Assembly: GCA_963848135.1 (NCBI GenBank)
Contig: CAWKCK010000017.1
Coordinates: forward strand, 496,001 to 560,000
DNA: 64,000 nucleotides
Direction: 5' to 3'
Origin: an uncultured delta proteobacterium
GTDB lineage: Bacteria > Desulfobacterota > Desulfobacteria > Desulfobacterales > SG8-13
Each line of letters starts with the position of its first letter. Positions within the stretch are counted from its first letter, which is position 1. Made by a program: the position numbers and the translations under genes. Shown here one piece after another: positions 49,402 through 58,599 of the stretch. The notes beneath the pieces are model-generated. The model had not been told where the DNA came from. It was given only the letters and a program-made list of their open reading frames with translations, and did no database searches.

Positions 49402-51477
49402 GTCTAATTGCCGGACAGCCAGTTCGCACAGATCAATGGCTTCCATCTTACCTTCCAGGCCGGCAACTTTGATGGCGTCTTCGATATTCACCAAACAGAA
49501 GGGGCAGGCGGTAACGATAACATCGGCGCCGGCCTCTTCGGCCATCCGAACCCTGATCACCCCCATCCGCTGTTCTTCCTCTTCCGGTTCATAAAAGAGC
49601 ATCAGGCCTCCGCCGCCGCAGCAGAATGAGCGGTCGCGGCTGCGCTCCATATCGATCCGCCGCAGACCGGGTATGGCATCGAGCAGCGCACGCGGCTCTT
49701 CGTAGAGCTTATTGTGCCGGCCGAGATAACAGGGGTCGTGGTAGGTGTATGTTTTGTCACTATTTTCAAGCGGCTTGAACGTAATGGCCCCGGACTGGAC
49801 CCTCTCGTACAACAACTGACTGATGTGCTCAACCGACGGCATATCCCGGTAGTCTTTCTTCAGGGCATTATAGGCGTGCGGGTCGGAAGTAACCACTCTG
49901 GTAACGCCTGAGTCAAGGATCTTTTCGGTGTTGTGGGCCATCAAGTCCTGGAAAAGCATTTCCTCGCCGAATCTCCGGGCTTCGTGGCCGCTGTCTTTCT
50001 CGTCCTTACCCAGAATGCCGAAATCGATCTCCGCAGCCTGCAGCAACTGGGCCGTAGCTCTGGCAATATCCTGCATGCGGTCATCGAAAGAGCTGATACT
50101 ATCGACGAAATAGAGGGCGTCGGCGGCGTCCTTTTTACCGAGAACCTTTACAGGGCAGGTCTCTTTGAACCCTTCCACAGCCGCCCAGTCGGCGCGCTTT
50201 CTTTCCATCTTGGCCCAGGGATTACCCCTTTTCTCGAGCGCCTGCAGCGGTTTCTGCAGCGACTGCGGTACGATCCCCTCATCGACCATCGCGCGACGAA
50301 CGTCGACGATCTTGTCGATATATTCGATCATGACCGGGCATTCTTCCTCGCAGGCGCCGCAGGTCGTGCAGGACCAGATCTCATCTTCTTGCAAAACATT
50401 ACCGATCAAGACCGAATCGGTTTCCGTCACTTTCGATGGACCCACAAGCGGGTATTTGCGGTAACCGTGATCGCGGCATTTGATCGAAATGAATCGTGGC
50501 GATAGCGGTCGGCCGGCAGCGTTGGCCGGACAGTTGTCGGAACACCGCCCACAGTCGACACAAGAGTAGAAATCGAGAATGTGCTTCCAGGTAAAATCCT
50601 CGTAGACCTTCACTCCGAATGATTCCAGATCGTCCAGGTTCTCGTCGCTCACACCCCAGCGCACCGGCTTGACCGTCCCTTTGTCGAGTTTCATGAAATA
50701 TACGTTGAAAAGAGAGGTGATGACATGAAAATGCTTGCCCAGGGGCAGAAAGCAGAGAAAGAAGAAGAAAATCAGCTCGTGAATTAGGAACGATCCCTGA
50801 TTCAGTTGCTGAAGGGTTGCTTGCGGCAGCGTCTGGAACAGGTTTGCAGCCACCCAGTGTCCGGTGCCCGGAATAATGGCTTCGGTAGGAAGGCCCTTTT
50901 GAAGCTGCGCGGCTGAAAGACTGCCGTCAAAGATCATGTCGCACGTAACCAGGCCCGTGATGAGGCAAAGCACCAGGATGGCCTCCCAGGTGTGCCCTTT
51001 ACCGTAGCGGGGCGGAACCGCATACCGGGCCGGTTTGAATAAACCCCGACGGATGATCAGCACCAGGGCCGCCAGCAGCACAATGGTCGTTGCCAGGTCT
51101 TTCAGCACTCCATAGACATGTCCCAGTCCTCCCCCCAGCCCCGGCATGACGAACCCGTCGCTAAAGCCCATCATTACGAGGGTCAACGAACGGACCGAAA
51201 GGATCAGGAATCCGGAAAACAGCAGGATGTGCATGATTCCGGGCAGGAAGTAGCGCGGGTGTTTGTACTGCCCCAGCCAGTACTTGAAAACGCTACCGAT
51301 GCGTTCACCCACACGGCCGAAACGAGTATCCGGGGCGGCTTTCCGCAGGGGGCCGATCCTTCGGATCATAATGTAGGCAAAGATACCGATGCCGATCAGG
51401 GGGATCAGGATAAAAATGGCCTTCCCGGGCAGACCGAAATAGAGGGCGTTCGCGGGTGAGATCAGGACCGATTCCAT
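49387..51477 (-). CDS. Membrane heme-b/FeS oxidoreductase (ETF:menaquinone oxidoreductase / FadF / DUF224 type)
   Basis: TM domain with His ligands (IMHIL, LIHEL, KHFH); CVDCGRCSDNCP and CTTCGACEEECP; CCG domain YHDPC, CCGGGG, ACPFC; upstream of etfBA. Confidence 0.9.
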   Translation of the reverse strand: MESVLISPANALYFGLPGKAIFILIPLIGIGIFAYIMIRRIGPLRKAAPDTRFGRVGERIGSVFKYWLGQYKHPRYFLPGIMHILLFSGFLILSVRSLTLVMMGFSDGFVMPGLGGGLGHVYGVLKDLATTIVLLAALVLIIRRGLFKPARYAVPPRYGKGHTWEAILVLCLITGLVTCDMIFDGSLSAAQLQKGLPTEAIIPGTGHWVAANLFQTLPQATLQQLNQGSFLIHELIFFFFLCFLPLGKHFHVITSLFNVYFMKLDKGTVKPVRWGVSDENLDDLESFGVKVYEDFTWKHILDFYSCVDCGRCSDNCPANAAGRPLSPRFISIKCRDHGYRKYPLVGPSKVTETDSVLIGNVLQEDEIWSCTTCGACEEECPVMIEYIDKIVDVRRAMVDEGIVPQSLQKPLQALEKRGNPWAKMERKRADWAAVEGFKETCPVKVLGKKDAADALYFVDSISSFDDRMQDIARATAQLLQAAEIDFGILGKDEKDSGHEARRFGEEMLFQDLMAHNTEKILDSGVTRVVTSDPHAYNALKKDYRDMPSVEHISQLLYERVQSGAITFKPLENSDKTYTYHDPCYLGRHNKLYEEPRALLDAIPGLRRIDMERSRDRSFCCGGGGLMLFYEPEEEEQRMGVIRVRMAEEAGADVIVTACPFCLVNIEDAIKVAGLEGKMEAIDLCELAVRQLDSVHP

Positions 51478-51522
51478 TGTTTGTTCGAGACTCCTTCTGG
51501 TTTTTGTGATCAGCCTGGCTTT

Positions 51523-51548
51523 ATACTGAATGAACGCTCATTCAGTAT
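51523..51548. promoter_or_regulatory. FadR-type TetR operator
   Basis: ATACTGAATGA-ACGC-TCATTCAGTAT, perfect 11-bp arms, 45 nt before the oxidoreductase start. Confidence 0.8.
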
Positions 51549-51859
51549 TTTTAACGGGAGTCGCGCCGCCTGTCAAGATAAAAACGCCTCAGGCAGACTT
51601 CCCGGTCGGAAAATCGGCCACACCCTTTTGAGTGTATAACGACTCACGGTACGAACGGATACCGTTATGTTCCCCTCCGAGAGCAAGGCAATATAAAGCG
51701 CGTGATCCGCTCGTTGCACTGCGGGGATAATCACTTTAACCTGTTGTAATTTATTTGTTCTCGTTATATGGGGAGTGGTGTTGACTGTATGTTCATAAAA
51801 CTGCGGCATAGGGGAGGATTCATAGCATGCTCGGGCCTGTTTAACAACTATAAAGGAGG

Positions 51860-53554
51860 TTGACCGTGACGACAGAATCCACATACCAAGGCAAACCCTG
51901 GCTGGCCAATTACGAAAAAGGCGTGCCTGAATTCGTTGACTTCAAGGAGATCTGTCTGCCGGAGTTTCTCGAAAGGTCGGCGCAACAGTTCCCGGATCAT
52001 CCGGCATTGAACTTTCAGGGTTACCGGGTGACGTTTCAGCAGTTGAAAGACATGGTTGACCGCTTCGCCACCGCTTTTTCTGCCATGGGAATTACCCCGG
52101 GCGATCGGATCGCCATCCTCCTCCCCAACGTCATTCCCTGCGTGGCGGCATACTATGCGGTGCTGAAGGTCGGCGGCATTGCCGTTATGAACAACCCCCT
52201 CTATTCCGATCGCGAACTCCTGCACCAGTTCAACGATTCCGGCGCCAAACTGCTTATCACACTCGATCTGCTCGGAAACCGTATGATCGATCTACGCCCC
52301 AAATCACAAATCAAGCAAATCATCATCACCTCCATCGGCGACTACCTCCCCTTCCCCAAGAACCTGCTCTTTCCCCTGGTGGCCAAAAAGAAAAAACTGG
52401 CAGCGGATGTCAAACCGGCCGATGAGGTGTACCGCTGGAAAACGATCCTGGCACAACATACCCCCGATCCCCCGGTGATTGATCTTGGATTTGAAGACGT
52501 AGCCATGTACCAGTACACCGGCGGCACCACGGGTGTGTCAAAGGGGGTGATGCTGACCCACGCCAACCTGAGCAAAAATGTTCAACAGGTTCGCGCCTGG
52601 TTTCCGACATTCGAGGAAGGCCAAGAAATCATGCTCGGCGCCCTGCCATTTTTTCACGTCTTCGGCCTGACAACGGCCATGAATTTTGCCATATCCATGG
52701 GCTGGGAAGACATCCTCGTACCCAAACCACAACCCGAACCACTGCTTGAAACCATTGGAAAATATAAACCCACTTTCGCACCCCTCGTTCCAACCATGTA
52801 CATCGGCATACTCAATCATCCGAAAATCGACAGCACACCAATGACCTCCATAAAGGGCTGTTTTTCGGGCAGCGCCCCGCTGCCGGTTGAAGTCATCCGT
52901 GATTTCGAGAATCGCACCGGTGCCGTTATCGTGGAAGGTTACGGCCTGACGGAAAGTTCTCCGGTGACCCACATCAATCCGTTCGCCGGCGGCAAACGCA
53001 AGGTCGGCAGTATCGGCTTGCCGATACCGGACACCGAATGCCGCATCGTCGACCTGACCGACAGCCAAACCGAACTGCCGGGTGGAGAATCCGGCGAACT
53101 GATGATAAAGGGTCCTCAGGTGATGAAAGGCTACTGGAACAATGCGGATGACACGGCGGAGACGTTAACTGATGGTTGGCTGCATACCGGTGACATCGCC
53201 CTGATGGACGAGGAGGGATACTACTACATCGTCGATCGCAAGAAAGACATGATCATTTCCGGTGGCTTCAATGTCTATCCACGGGATATCGAGGAAGTCT
53301 TCTTCGAGCACCCCAAAGTTCAGGAGGCAACCGCCATTGGAATTCCCCACCCCTCCCGCGGCGAATCGGCCAAGGTGTTCGTGGTCCTCAAAGAGGGTCA
53401 GACGTCCACTGCGGAAGAACTGCTCTCATTCTGCCAGGAAAAACTGGCTAAGTTCAAATGGCCGACAGAAGTCGAATTCCGTGACGAGCTTCCAAAAACG
53501 AACGTGGGCAAAGTGTTGAAAAAGGAGCTAAGGCAGCAGGAGCAAAAGAAGTAA
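51860..53554 (+). CDS. fadD: Long-chain fatty acid--CoA ligase (likely start GTG 51866)
   Basis: YTGGTTGVSKG, EGYGLTE, GWLHTGD, DRKKD, LPKTNVGK. Confidence 0.9.
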   Translation: MTVTTESTYQGKPWLANYEKGVPEFVDFKEICLPEFLERSAQQFPDHPALNFQGYRVTFQQLKDMVDRFATAFSAMGITPGDRIAILLPNVIPCVAAYYAVLKVGGIAVMNNPLYSDRELLHQFNDSGAKLLITLDLLGNRMIDLRPKSQIKQIIITSIGDYLPFPKNLLFPLVAKKKKLAADVKPADEVYRWKTILAQHTPDPPVIDLGFEDVAMYQYTGGTTGVSKGVMLTHANLSKNVQQVRAWFPTFEEGQEIMLGALPFFHVFGLTTAMNFAISMGWEDILVPKPQPEPLLETIGKYKPTFAPLVPTMYIGILNHPKIDSTPMTSIKGCFSGSAPLPVEVIRDFENRTGAVIVEGYGLTESSPVTHINPFAGGKRKVGSIGLPIPDTECRIVDLTDSQTELPGGESGELMIKGPQVMKGYWNNADDTAETLTDGWLHTGDIALMDEEGYYYIVDRKKDMIISGGFNVYPRDIEEVFFEHPKVQEATAIGIPHPSRGESAKVFVVLKEGQTSTAEELLSFCQEKLAKFKWPTEVEFRDELPKTNVGKVLKKELRQQEQKK

Positions 53555-53605
53555 AGTCGGTGATCGACTGAGAAATCATAATTTTATCTTGATTGGCTCT
53601 TTGTT

Positions 53606-53638
53606 AAATCCCCCAGTCCCCCTTTGTCAAGGGGGGGA
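53606..53638. repeat. REP-like C5/G5 palindromic unit
   Basis: AAATCCCCCAGTCCCCCTTTGTCAAGGGGGGGA; related units at 63545-63683. Confidence 0.55.
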
Positions 53639-53754
53639 TAGGGTAAGGTTTGAAGTGGTTTCGGGCAGCTTTTGCCCAAGGAAGGGCGGCCTGAATATTA
53701 AGCGCCCCCTACCGTGACTTTGAGTCTTTGGCAGCATCAGGCCGGCCCCGCCTT

Positions 53755-55569
53755 TTAACCACCGAAGGCCGCCTCGGCGATATCCACGGCGGCCCCGTTG
53801 GTTTCGAGAATCGCCTTCATCTTCCCGTTCGTTACCGGCAGGATGGTATGAATAAAAAATTCAGCGCTTTTTATCTGCCCTTCATAGAAAGCGGTATCTT
53901 TCTTTTTGGCGCCCTTTTCCAACGCCGCTGCTGCGACCGTGGCCCGCCAAAGGTGCAGCCACGATAGAACAACATCGCCGCAAACATCCAGAAACGGATG
54001 GGCATAGGCAAACGCGTAAAGGACCTTGGGTGACATGGCGGTCTGTCCCAGGTGCAATGCCACCTCCCCCAAACGGTTCACCGCCTTCTCCACCCTTTCG
54101 GCAAAACCCTTGAGAGCGTCGATCCCTTTTGCCGTGGCAAGGGTTTTCTGAATTTCCCCCAGCAGATCCATGATGGGCTTGCCCTGGTTCAAACCCAGTT
54201 TACGGCCGAGCAGGTCCATGGCCTGGATTCCGTTGGTCCCCTCGTAGATCATGGTAATGCGGCAGTCACGCAGCAACTGCTCCATGGGGTATTCCCGGAT
54301 GTATCCGTAACCGCCGTAAACCTGGAGCCCCTGGCTGCACATTTCAAATGCCCGGTCGGTTACATATCCCTTTGCGATCGGTATGAGCAGATCGATCATC
54401 CCCTGCAACCGGGCCTTTTCCTCGCTGCTGTTGGCCGTATCCATGCGGTCGCTCAACATCCCCACCAGGTAAAGCAGGCTGCGCATTCCTTCCACATAGC
54501 TCTTAATTGTCAACAGCTGTCGGCGGACATCCGGGTGCTGGATAATCGGTACCGGCACCGCCGTATTGTCCTGCATCTTGAGCAGGTGTCTCCCCTGTAC
54601 GCGCTGCCGGGCATAATTCAGCGCGTACAGATAAGCTGAACTGGCGCAACAGAAACCTTGAAGACCGACCAGTAGACGGGCCTCGTTCATCATCAGGAAC
54701 ATGGCACGCATGCCCTTGTTCTTATCACCGAGAAGAACTCCCCGGCATTGGCCTTTACCCCCGAGTGCCATGGAGCAGGTCGCATTGCCGTGGATACCCA
54801 TTTTCTCCTCCACCCCGGTGCAGACGATGTCATTGGGCTCTCCCAGGGTGCCGTCGTCGTTGACCCATATCTTGGGTACGATAAAAAGGGAAATACCGCT
54901 TGTGCCTAACGGAGCGCCTTCGATCCGCGCCAGTACCGGATGGATGATGTTTTCGACCAGATCGTGATCACCGCCGGATATGAAAATTTTGTTACCGCTG
55001 ATGGAATAGGTGCCGTCATCGTTCTTTGTGGCTGTTGCCGTCAACGCGCCGACATCTGAGCCGGCCTCCGGCTCGGTCAAGAGCATGGTGCCGCACCATT
55101 GACCGGTGTACAGCTTCTTCAAATAGAGTTTTTTCTGTTCGGGGGTGCCGAAGGTTTCGATCAGCTTTCCGGCGCCATGGGTCAGACCCGGGTACATCAT
55201 GAACGCCAGGTTCGCACCGACGAAATATTCGCTGGCTGCCTGGGCAACGGTCCGCGGCATCCCTTGGCCGCCCCACTCGAGGCTTTCGGTCATCGCGACC
55301 CATTCCCCTTCCTTATACGTCTCATAAAGTTTCTTGAATTCCGCGGGAACCTTTACGGAACCATTTTCAAAGGTTACGCCCTGACGATCGCCGATAACCT
55401 GGGTCGGCAACATTTCCTTTATGGCCAGATTGCGGGCTTCAGATACGATCAGATCAATCGTCTTGCGGTTGAAGTCCTGATACTTTTCATTATCACTCAA
55501 CTCCTCAACGTTTAGCATCTCGTGAAGTACAAAATCGATATCCCGCCGATCTGCAATTTGCTGTGCCAT
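53755..55569 (-). CDS. Acyl-CoA dehydrogenase (~600-aa type)
   Basis: GTMLLTEPEAGSD, GNKIFISGG, EEKMGIHG, QVYGGYGY, IYEGTNGIQA. Confidence 0.95.
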   Translation of the reverse strand: MAQQIADRRDIDFVLHEMLNVEELSDNEKYQDFNRKTIDLIVSEARNLAIKEMLPTQVIGDRQGVTFENGSVKVPAEFKKLYETYKEGEWVAMTESLEWGGQGMPRTVAQAASEYFVGANLAFMMYPGLTHGAGKLIETFGTPEQKKLYLKKLYTGQWCGTMLLTEPEAGSDVGALTATATKNDDGTYSISGNKIFISGGDHDLVENIIHPVLARIEGAPLGTSGISLFIVPKIWVNDDGTLGEPNDIVCTGVEEKMGIHGNATCSMALGGKGQCRGVLLGDKNKGMRAMFLMMNEARLLVGLQGFCCASSAYLYALNYARQRVQGRHLLKMQDNTAVPVPIIQHPDVRRQLLTIKSYVEGMRSLLYLVGMLSDRMDTANSSEEKARLQGMIDLLIPIAKGYVTDRAFEMCSQGLQVYGGYGYIREYPMEQLLRDCRITMIYEGTNGIQAMDLLGRKLGLNQGKPIMDLLGEIQKTLATAKGIDALKGFAERVEKAVNRLGEVALHLGQTAMSPKVLYAFAYAHPFLDVCGDVVLSWLHLWRATVAAAALEKGAKKKDTAFYEGQIKSAEFFIHTILPVTNGKMKAILETNGAAVDIAEAAFGG

Positions 55570-55608
55570 AACCTGATTCTCCTTCTGTATAGGGTTTTCC
55601 CGGAGACG

Positions 55609-56235
55609 CTAAATGCCGTTTGCAGCCTCAAGGGCTTGGGCCTGCTTTGGGCTGCCGATGCCGTTTAAGAAGAGGTCTACCAGTGGATCCGCCATCGATA
55701 CCAGATCGTATTTGCCGCCGGAGTGCAGCCACGTGTTGATCACCTCGTCGACGGCACCGACGATAAACCGTTTGACCAGGCCCAGGTACAAATCTTTGCG
55801 AATGCACCCCTCCGCCTGTCCGGTTTCGACGATCTCGCTGATGATATCCAGATACATTTTCGACATCTCTTTTATCTGGGATTCCGCCCGGCGGCTGATG
55901 CGGTGGGTTTCGGCCTGGTAGACGATGGCCACGTTGCGGTCGCGCTGAAACTCAGCAAGATGCAAACGGACAAGATTTCGCAACTTTTCTATGGGATTGC
56001 CGCCCCGGCTGACTTCTTCCCTGAAGCGCTCAAAAACCTGTTTGGTTTTGTAACTGAAAAACTGGACCAGGATATCGTCTTTGTTTTTGAAGTAGAGATA
56101 TATGGTCCCATCGGCCACACCAGCTTCGTTGGCAATTTTGGAAACCGTCGACTGGGTGTATCCGTATCGGGCAAATACCTTTATGGCGGCATCGAGAATA
56201 AGATGGTATTTGTTGTTTTTGTTGTTAGAACTGAT
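55609..56235 (-). CDS. TetR-family fatty-acid regulator (FadR/YsiA-like), apparent ATC start
   Basis: Frame extends to (I)SSNNKNNKYHLILDAAIKVFARYGYTQSTVSKIANEAGVADGTIYLYF (complete HTH); GGAGGT lies 5 nt before ATC 56235; no in-frame ATG/GTG/TTG before the upstream TGA. Confidence 0.85.
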   Translation of the reverse strand: MSSNNKNNKYHLILDAAIKVFARYGYTQSTVSKIANEAGVADGTIYLYFKNKDDILVQFFSYKTKQVFERFREEVSRGGNPIEKLRNLVRLHLAEFQRDRNVAIVYQAETHRISRRAESQIKEMSKMYLDIISEIVETGQAEGCIRKDLYLGLVKRFIVGAVDEVINTWLHSGGKYDLVSMADPLVDLFLNGIGSPKQAQALEAANGI

Positions 56236-56265
56236 GGTCCACCTCCCGGATGATATCCCCTTTTT

Positions 56266-56285
56266 ATGAATGAATATTCATTCAT
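56266..56285. promoter_or_regulatory. FadR-type TetR operator (autoregulatory position)
   Basis: Perfect palindrome ATGAATGAATATTCATTCAT, 30 nt upstream of the TetR start. Confidence 0.85.
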
Positions 56286-56718
56286 TTTACACAGCACCCC
56301 ATCGCTTGTCAAGACCAAAGGCCCCTCGGACGCCAATTATTTTTTCCATATAATTTCAGTATATTTCACCTTAACTCTTCAAAATTTCTTAGCATAAGTG
56401 AAACGATCTTTTGTTGCAAAAACTGACTATTATCTGAAGGAATATTCATTTTTTCGGGATGGATGCATCCGGACGGATCGCCCGGCTAGCGCGAGTGTCA
56501 TGCTTGAAATTATTCGATGCAGTCTCTTGATCTTTGTCCCTACGCAAAAATGTTTGCAACTCCGTGAACATTGATTAAGTTGTTAAAGGTCAAATCAATT
56601 CCGGGTGTAGCATTTACCCACCGTTACGAATAATATACGGATATTTCCTGGTGTATTTGAGACTTGGCGAAAAAATCCCGATGCTCCCATCCAACTAAAA
56701 TCATTTAGGCCATACAAG

Positions 56719-57888
56719 ATGCCACCGCCACAAAAAAAATCGTCAATAAATGATGTCGGACCAACGCGGCTCTGGCGCATCGCGTTCCTGGTGCTATGCG
56801 CACTGGGGATTTTACTGAGTGCCGATCTTCTGCACCTGCATATCCGGGTGCATACCGACCCCAACTACCAATCGATTTGCGCCATGAGCGAGCAGGTCAA
56901 CTGTGAAACCGTGGCACTCAGCCGCTATGCGGTATTCGCCGGTTTACCGTGGGCCGTGTGGGGCTTGATCGGCTACCTTTTTATGTCAGGGCTCTCTATC
57001 CGGGGGCTGCGCAGCGCGAGAGAGCCAGCCAGCTGGCCCTTTGGTATCTTGTTTTGGCTGAGCGCTTTATCTGTGCTTGTCAGTATTATCCTGTTCGGGA
57101 TTTCACATTTTCTCATCCGCTCTTTCTGCCTGGTGTGCGCCGCGACCTATGTCACCAACTTTTTGTTGGCCAGCATCGCCTTTGTCGAACTGCGCCGGAC
57201 CGGATCGGGGCCTCTGGCCGCCATTCGCGCCGAAATGCATCACCTGGCGGGCAGAAAAGCACCCACGCTTGTTTATCTGACGACCTTCGCCGCGGTACTG
57301 GGCATTCTCTGGCTGGCTCTGCCGACGTACTGGAAGATGGGAATGTCGACCGGCCCGGGAGGGCTTTTGGTGGGAACGACACCGGAGGAATACCATTGGA
57401 TCGGCGCACGAGTACCGGTTCTCGACATCACCGATTTCAGCGATTACCAGTGCCCGCATTGCAGCCGCGGCCACAACGAGATCCGCGCCTTGATCGGCAA
57501 ATACACCGATAAAGTGCGGCTGGTGCATCGCCATTATCCGCTCAAACGCCACCCCTTTGCATTCGACTATTCGAAAATGGCCTATTGCGCCGGCCGGCAG
57601 GAGCGGTTCTGGGAGGCCAACGACTACCTGTTCGAACACGGCCGCCGCAGCGAAGCGATCACACCGAAGGAACTGGCCGACGCCATTCACATCGATGGGG
57701 CGAACCTGGCGGTTTGCGTGGAAAGCAACCCGGCAAAGCAAGCGGTCTTGAAGGACCTCGCGGCCGGTAAAGCATTGAATGTTAGAGGAACACCCACGTA
57801 CGTCATCGGCAGCCGGGTCTACCCGGGCCGCATTCCAAAGGAAGTTATTGACGCCGCACTTTCAATCACGGCGGATTCCGCGCGCTAA
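56719..57888 (+). CDS. VKOR-DsbA (thioredoxin-fold) fusion
   Basis: VKOR loop cysteines SIC......NC and CLVC; Trx domain FSDYQCPHC, HRHYPL, cis-Pro GTPT. Confidence 0.9.
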   Translation: MPPPQKKSSINDVGPTRLWRIAFLVLCALGILLSADLLHLHIRVHTDPNYQSICAMSEQVNCETVALSRYAVFAGLPWAVWGLIGYLFMSGLSIRGLRSAREPASWPFGILFWLSALSVLVSIILFGISHFLIRSFCLVCAATYVTNFLLASIAFVELRRTGSGPLAAIRAEMHHLAGRKAPTLVYLTTFAAVLGILWLALPTYWKMGMSTGPGGLLVGTTPEEYHWIGARVPVLDITDFSDYQCPHCSRGHNEIRALIGKYTDKVRLVHRHYPLKRHPFAFDYSKMAYCAGRQERFWEANDYLFEHGRRSEAITPKELADAIHIDGANLAVCVESNPAKQAVLKDLAAGKALNVRGTPTYVIGSRVYPGRIPKEVIDAALSITADSAR

Positions 57889-57890
57889 AT

Positions 57891-58038
57891 TAGTGTCCAT
57901 CCATAAATGGTCTTTTTTCCGCTGAGCGGCGTTCTCCGCAGGTTTCCAACTGCGGCGTACGTACAGTAGGCCTCGCAGCAAACCCTTGTGCGGCCTTGCT
58001 CAGTGAAAAAAATTCTCATCTATGAATTGGAAACTCTA
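57891..58038 (+). mobile_element. ~148-bp miniature inverted-repeat element
   Basis: TAGTGTCCATCCATAAATG ... CATCTATGAATTGGAAACTCTA imperfect TIRs with TA ends; homologous copy at 49186-49401; the same terminus also at 44777-44788 and 63504-63519. Confidence 0.7.
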
Positions 58039-58124
58039 AATTGCCATCCACTTGTTGCGGATAGACAATTGTAAGGATTACCGTCAAAAGTGAGGCTCCT
58101 CCCGCAGAAGGAAGGCCTCAGGTA

Positions 58125-58352
58125 GCCCGCCGCAGGCGGGCTTGAAACGCCTCTTAGGTTTTGGTCTCTTATATCCCTTTGTCCCGCGCCGAGCATCGGC
58201 GAAGTGGACGGAAAAAAGCGCGCGGGCCTGTTTGAGTCCGCCGCAGGTGGACGAGTTTCCGCAGGCTCCGGCCGCATCGACGACGCGCAGGATCAAGCGG
58301 GACACGGGCGGTTTCTTTTGGTTCGTTTTCTTTCACGTGAAAGAAAATGAAC
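58125..58352. repeat. Structured intergenic repeat element
   Basis: GCCCGCC-gca-GGCGGGC; GTCCCG...CGGGAC closing stem; terminal hairpin GTTCGTTTTCTTTCACGTGAAAGAAAATGAAC. Confidence 0.5.
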
Positions 58353-58525
58353 GAACAGTAAAAATCGACGCGCCGCAACGGAGCAACCTTTCCAGGTCCT
58401 CCACCAGAGGCGGAAGGCTTAGATCGATACTAAAAATGCTATTTCTCAAGCGCTGACCTGTATTACAAACCACCAATTTGGTATTGATTCGATTCAATCT
58501 GTACCAACTATATTGTAGAAGAACC

Positions 58526-58566
58526 AAAAAGAAGAGCCTCCCTGCAGCAAGCTGCAGAGAGGCTCT
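58526..58566 (-). terminator. Intrinsic terminator after the Cys-rich repeat gene
   Basis: AGAGCCTC.CTGCAGC-aa-GCTGCAG.GAGGCTCT followed by TCTTTTT on the minus strand. Confidence 0.65.
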
Positions 58567-58599
58567 ATGGATTGGACTGACGTTATAGTCTAATCAATC

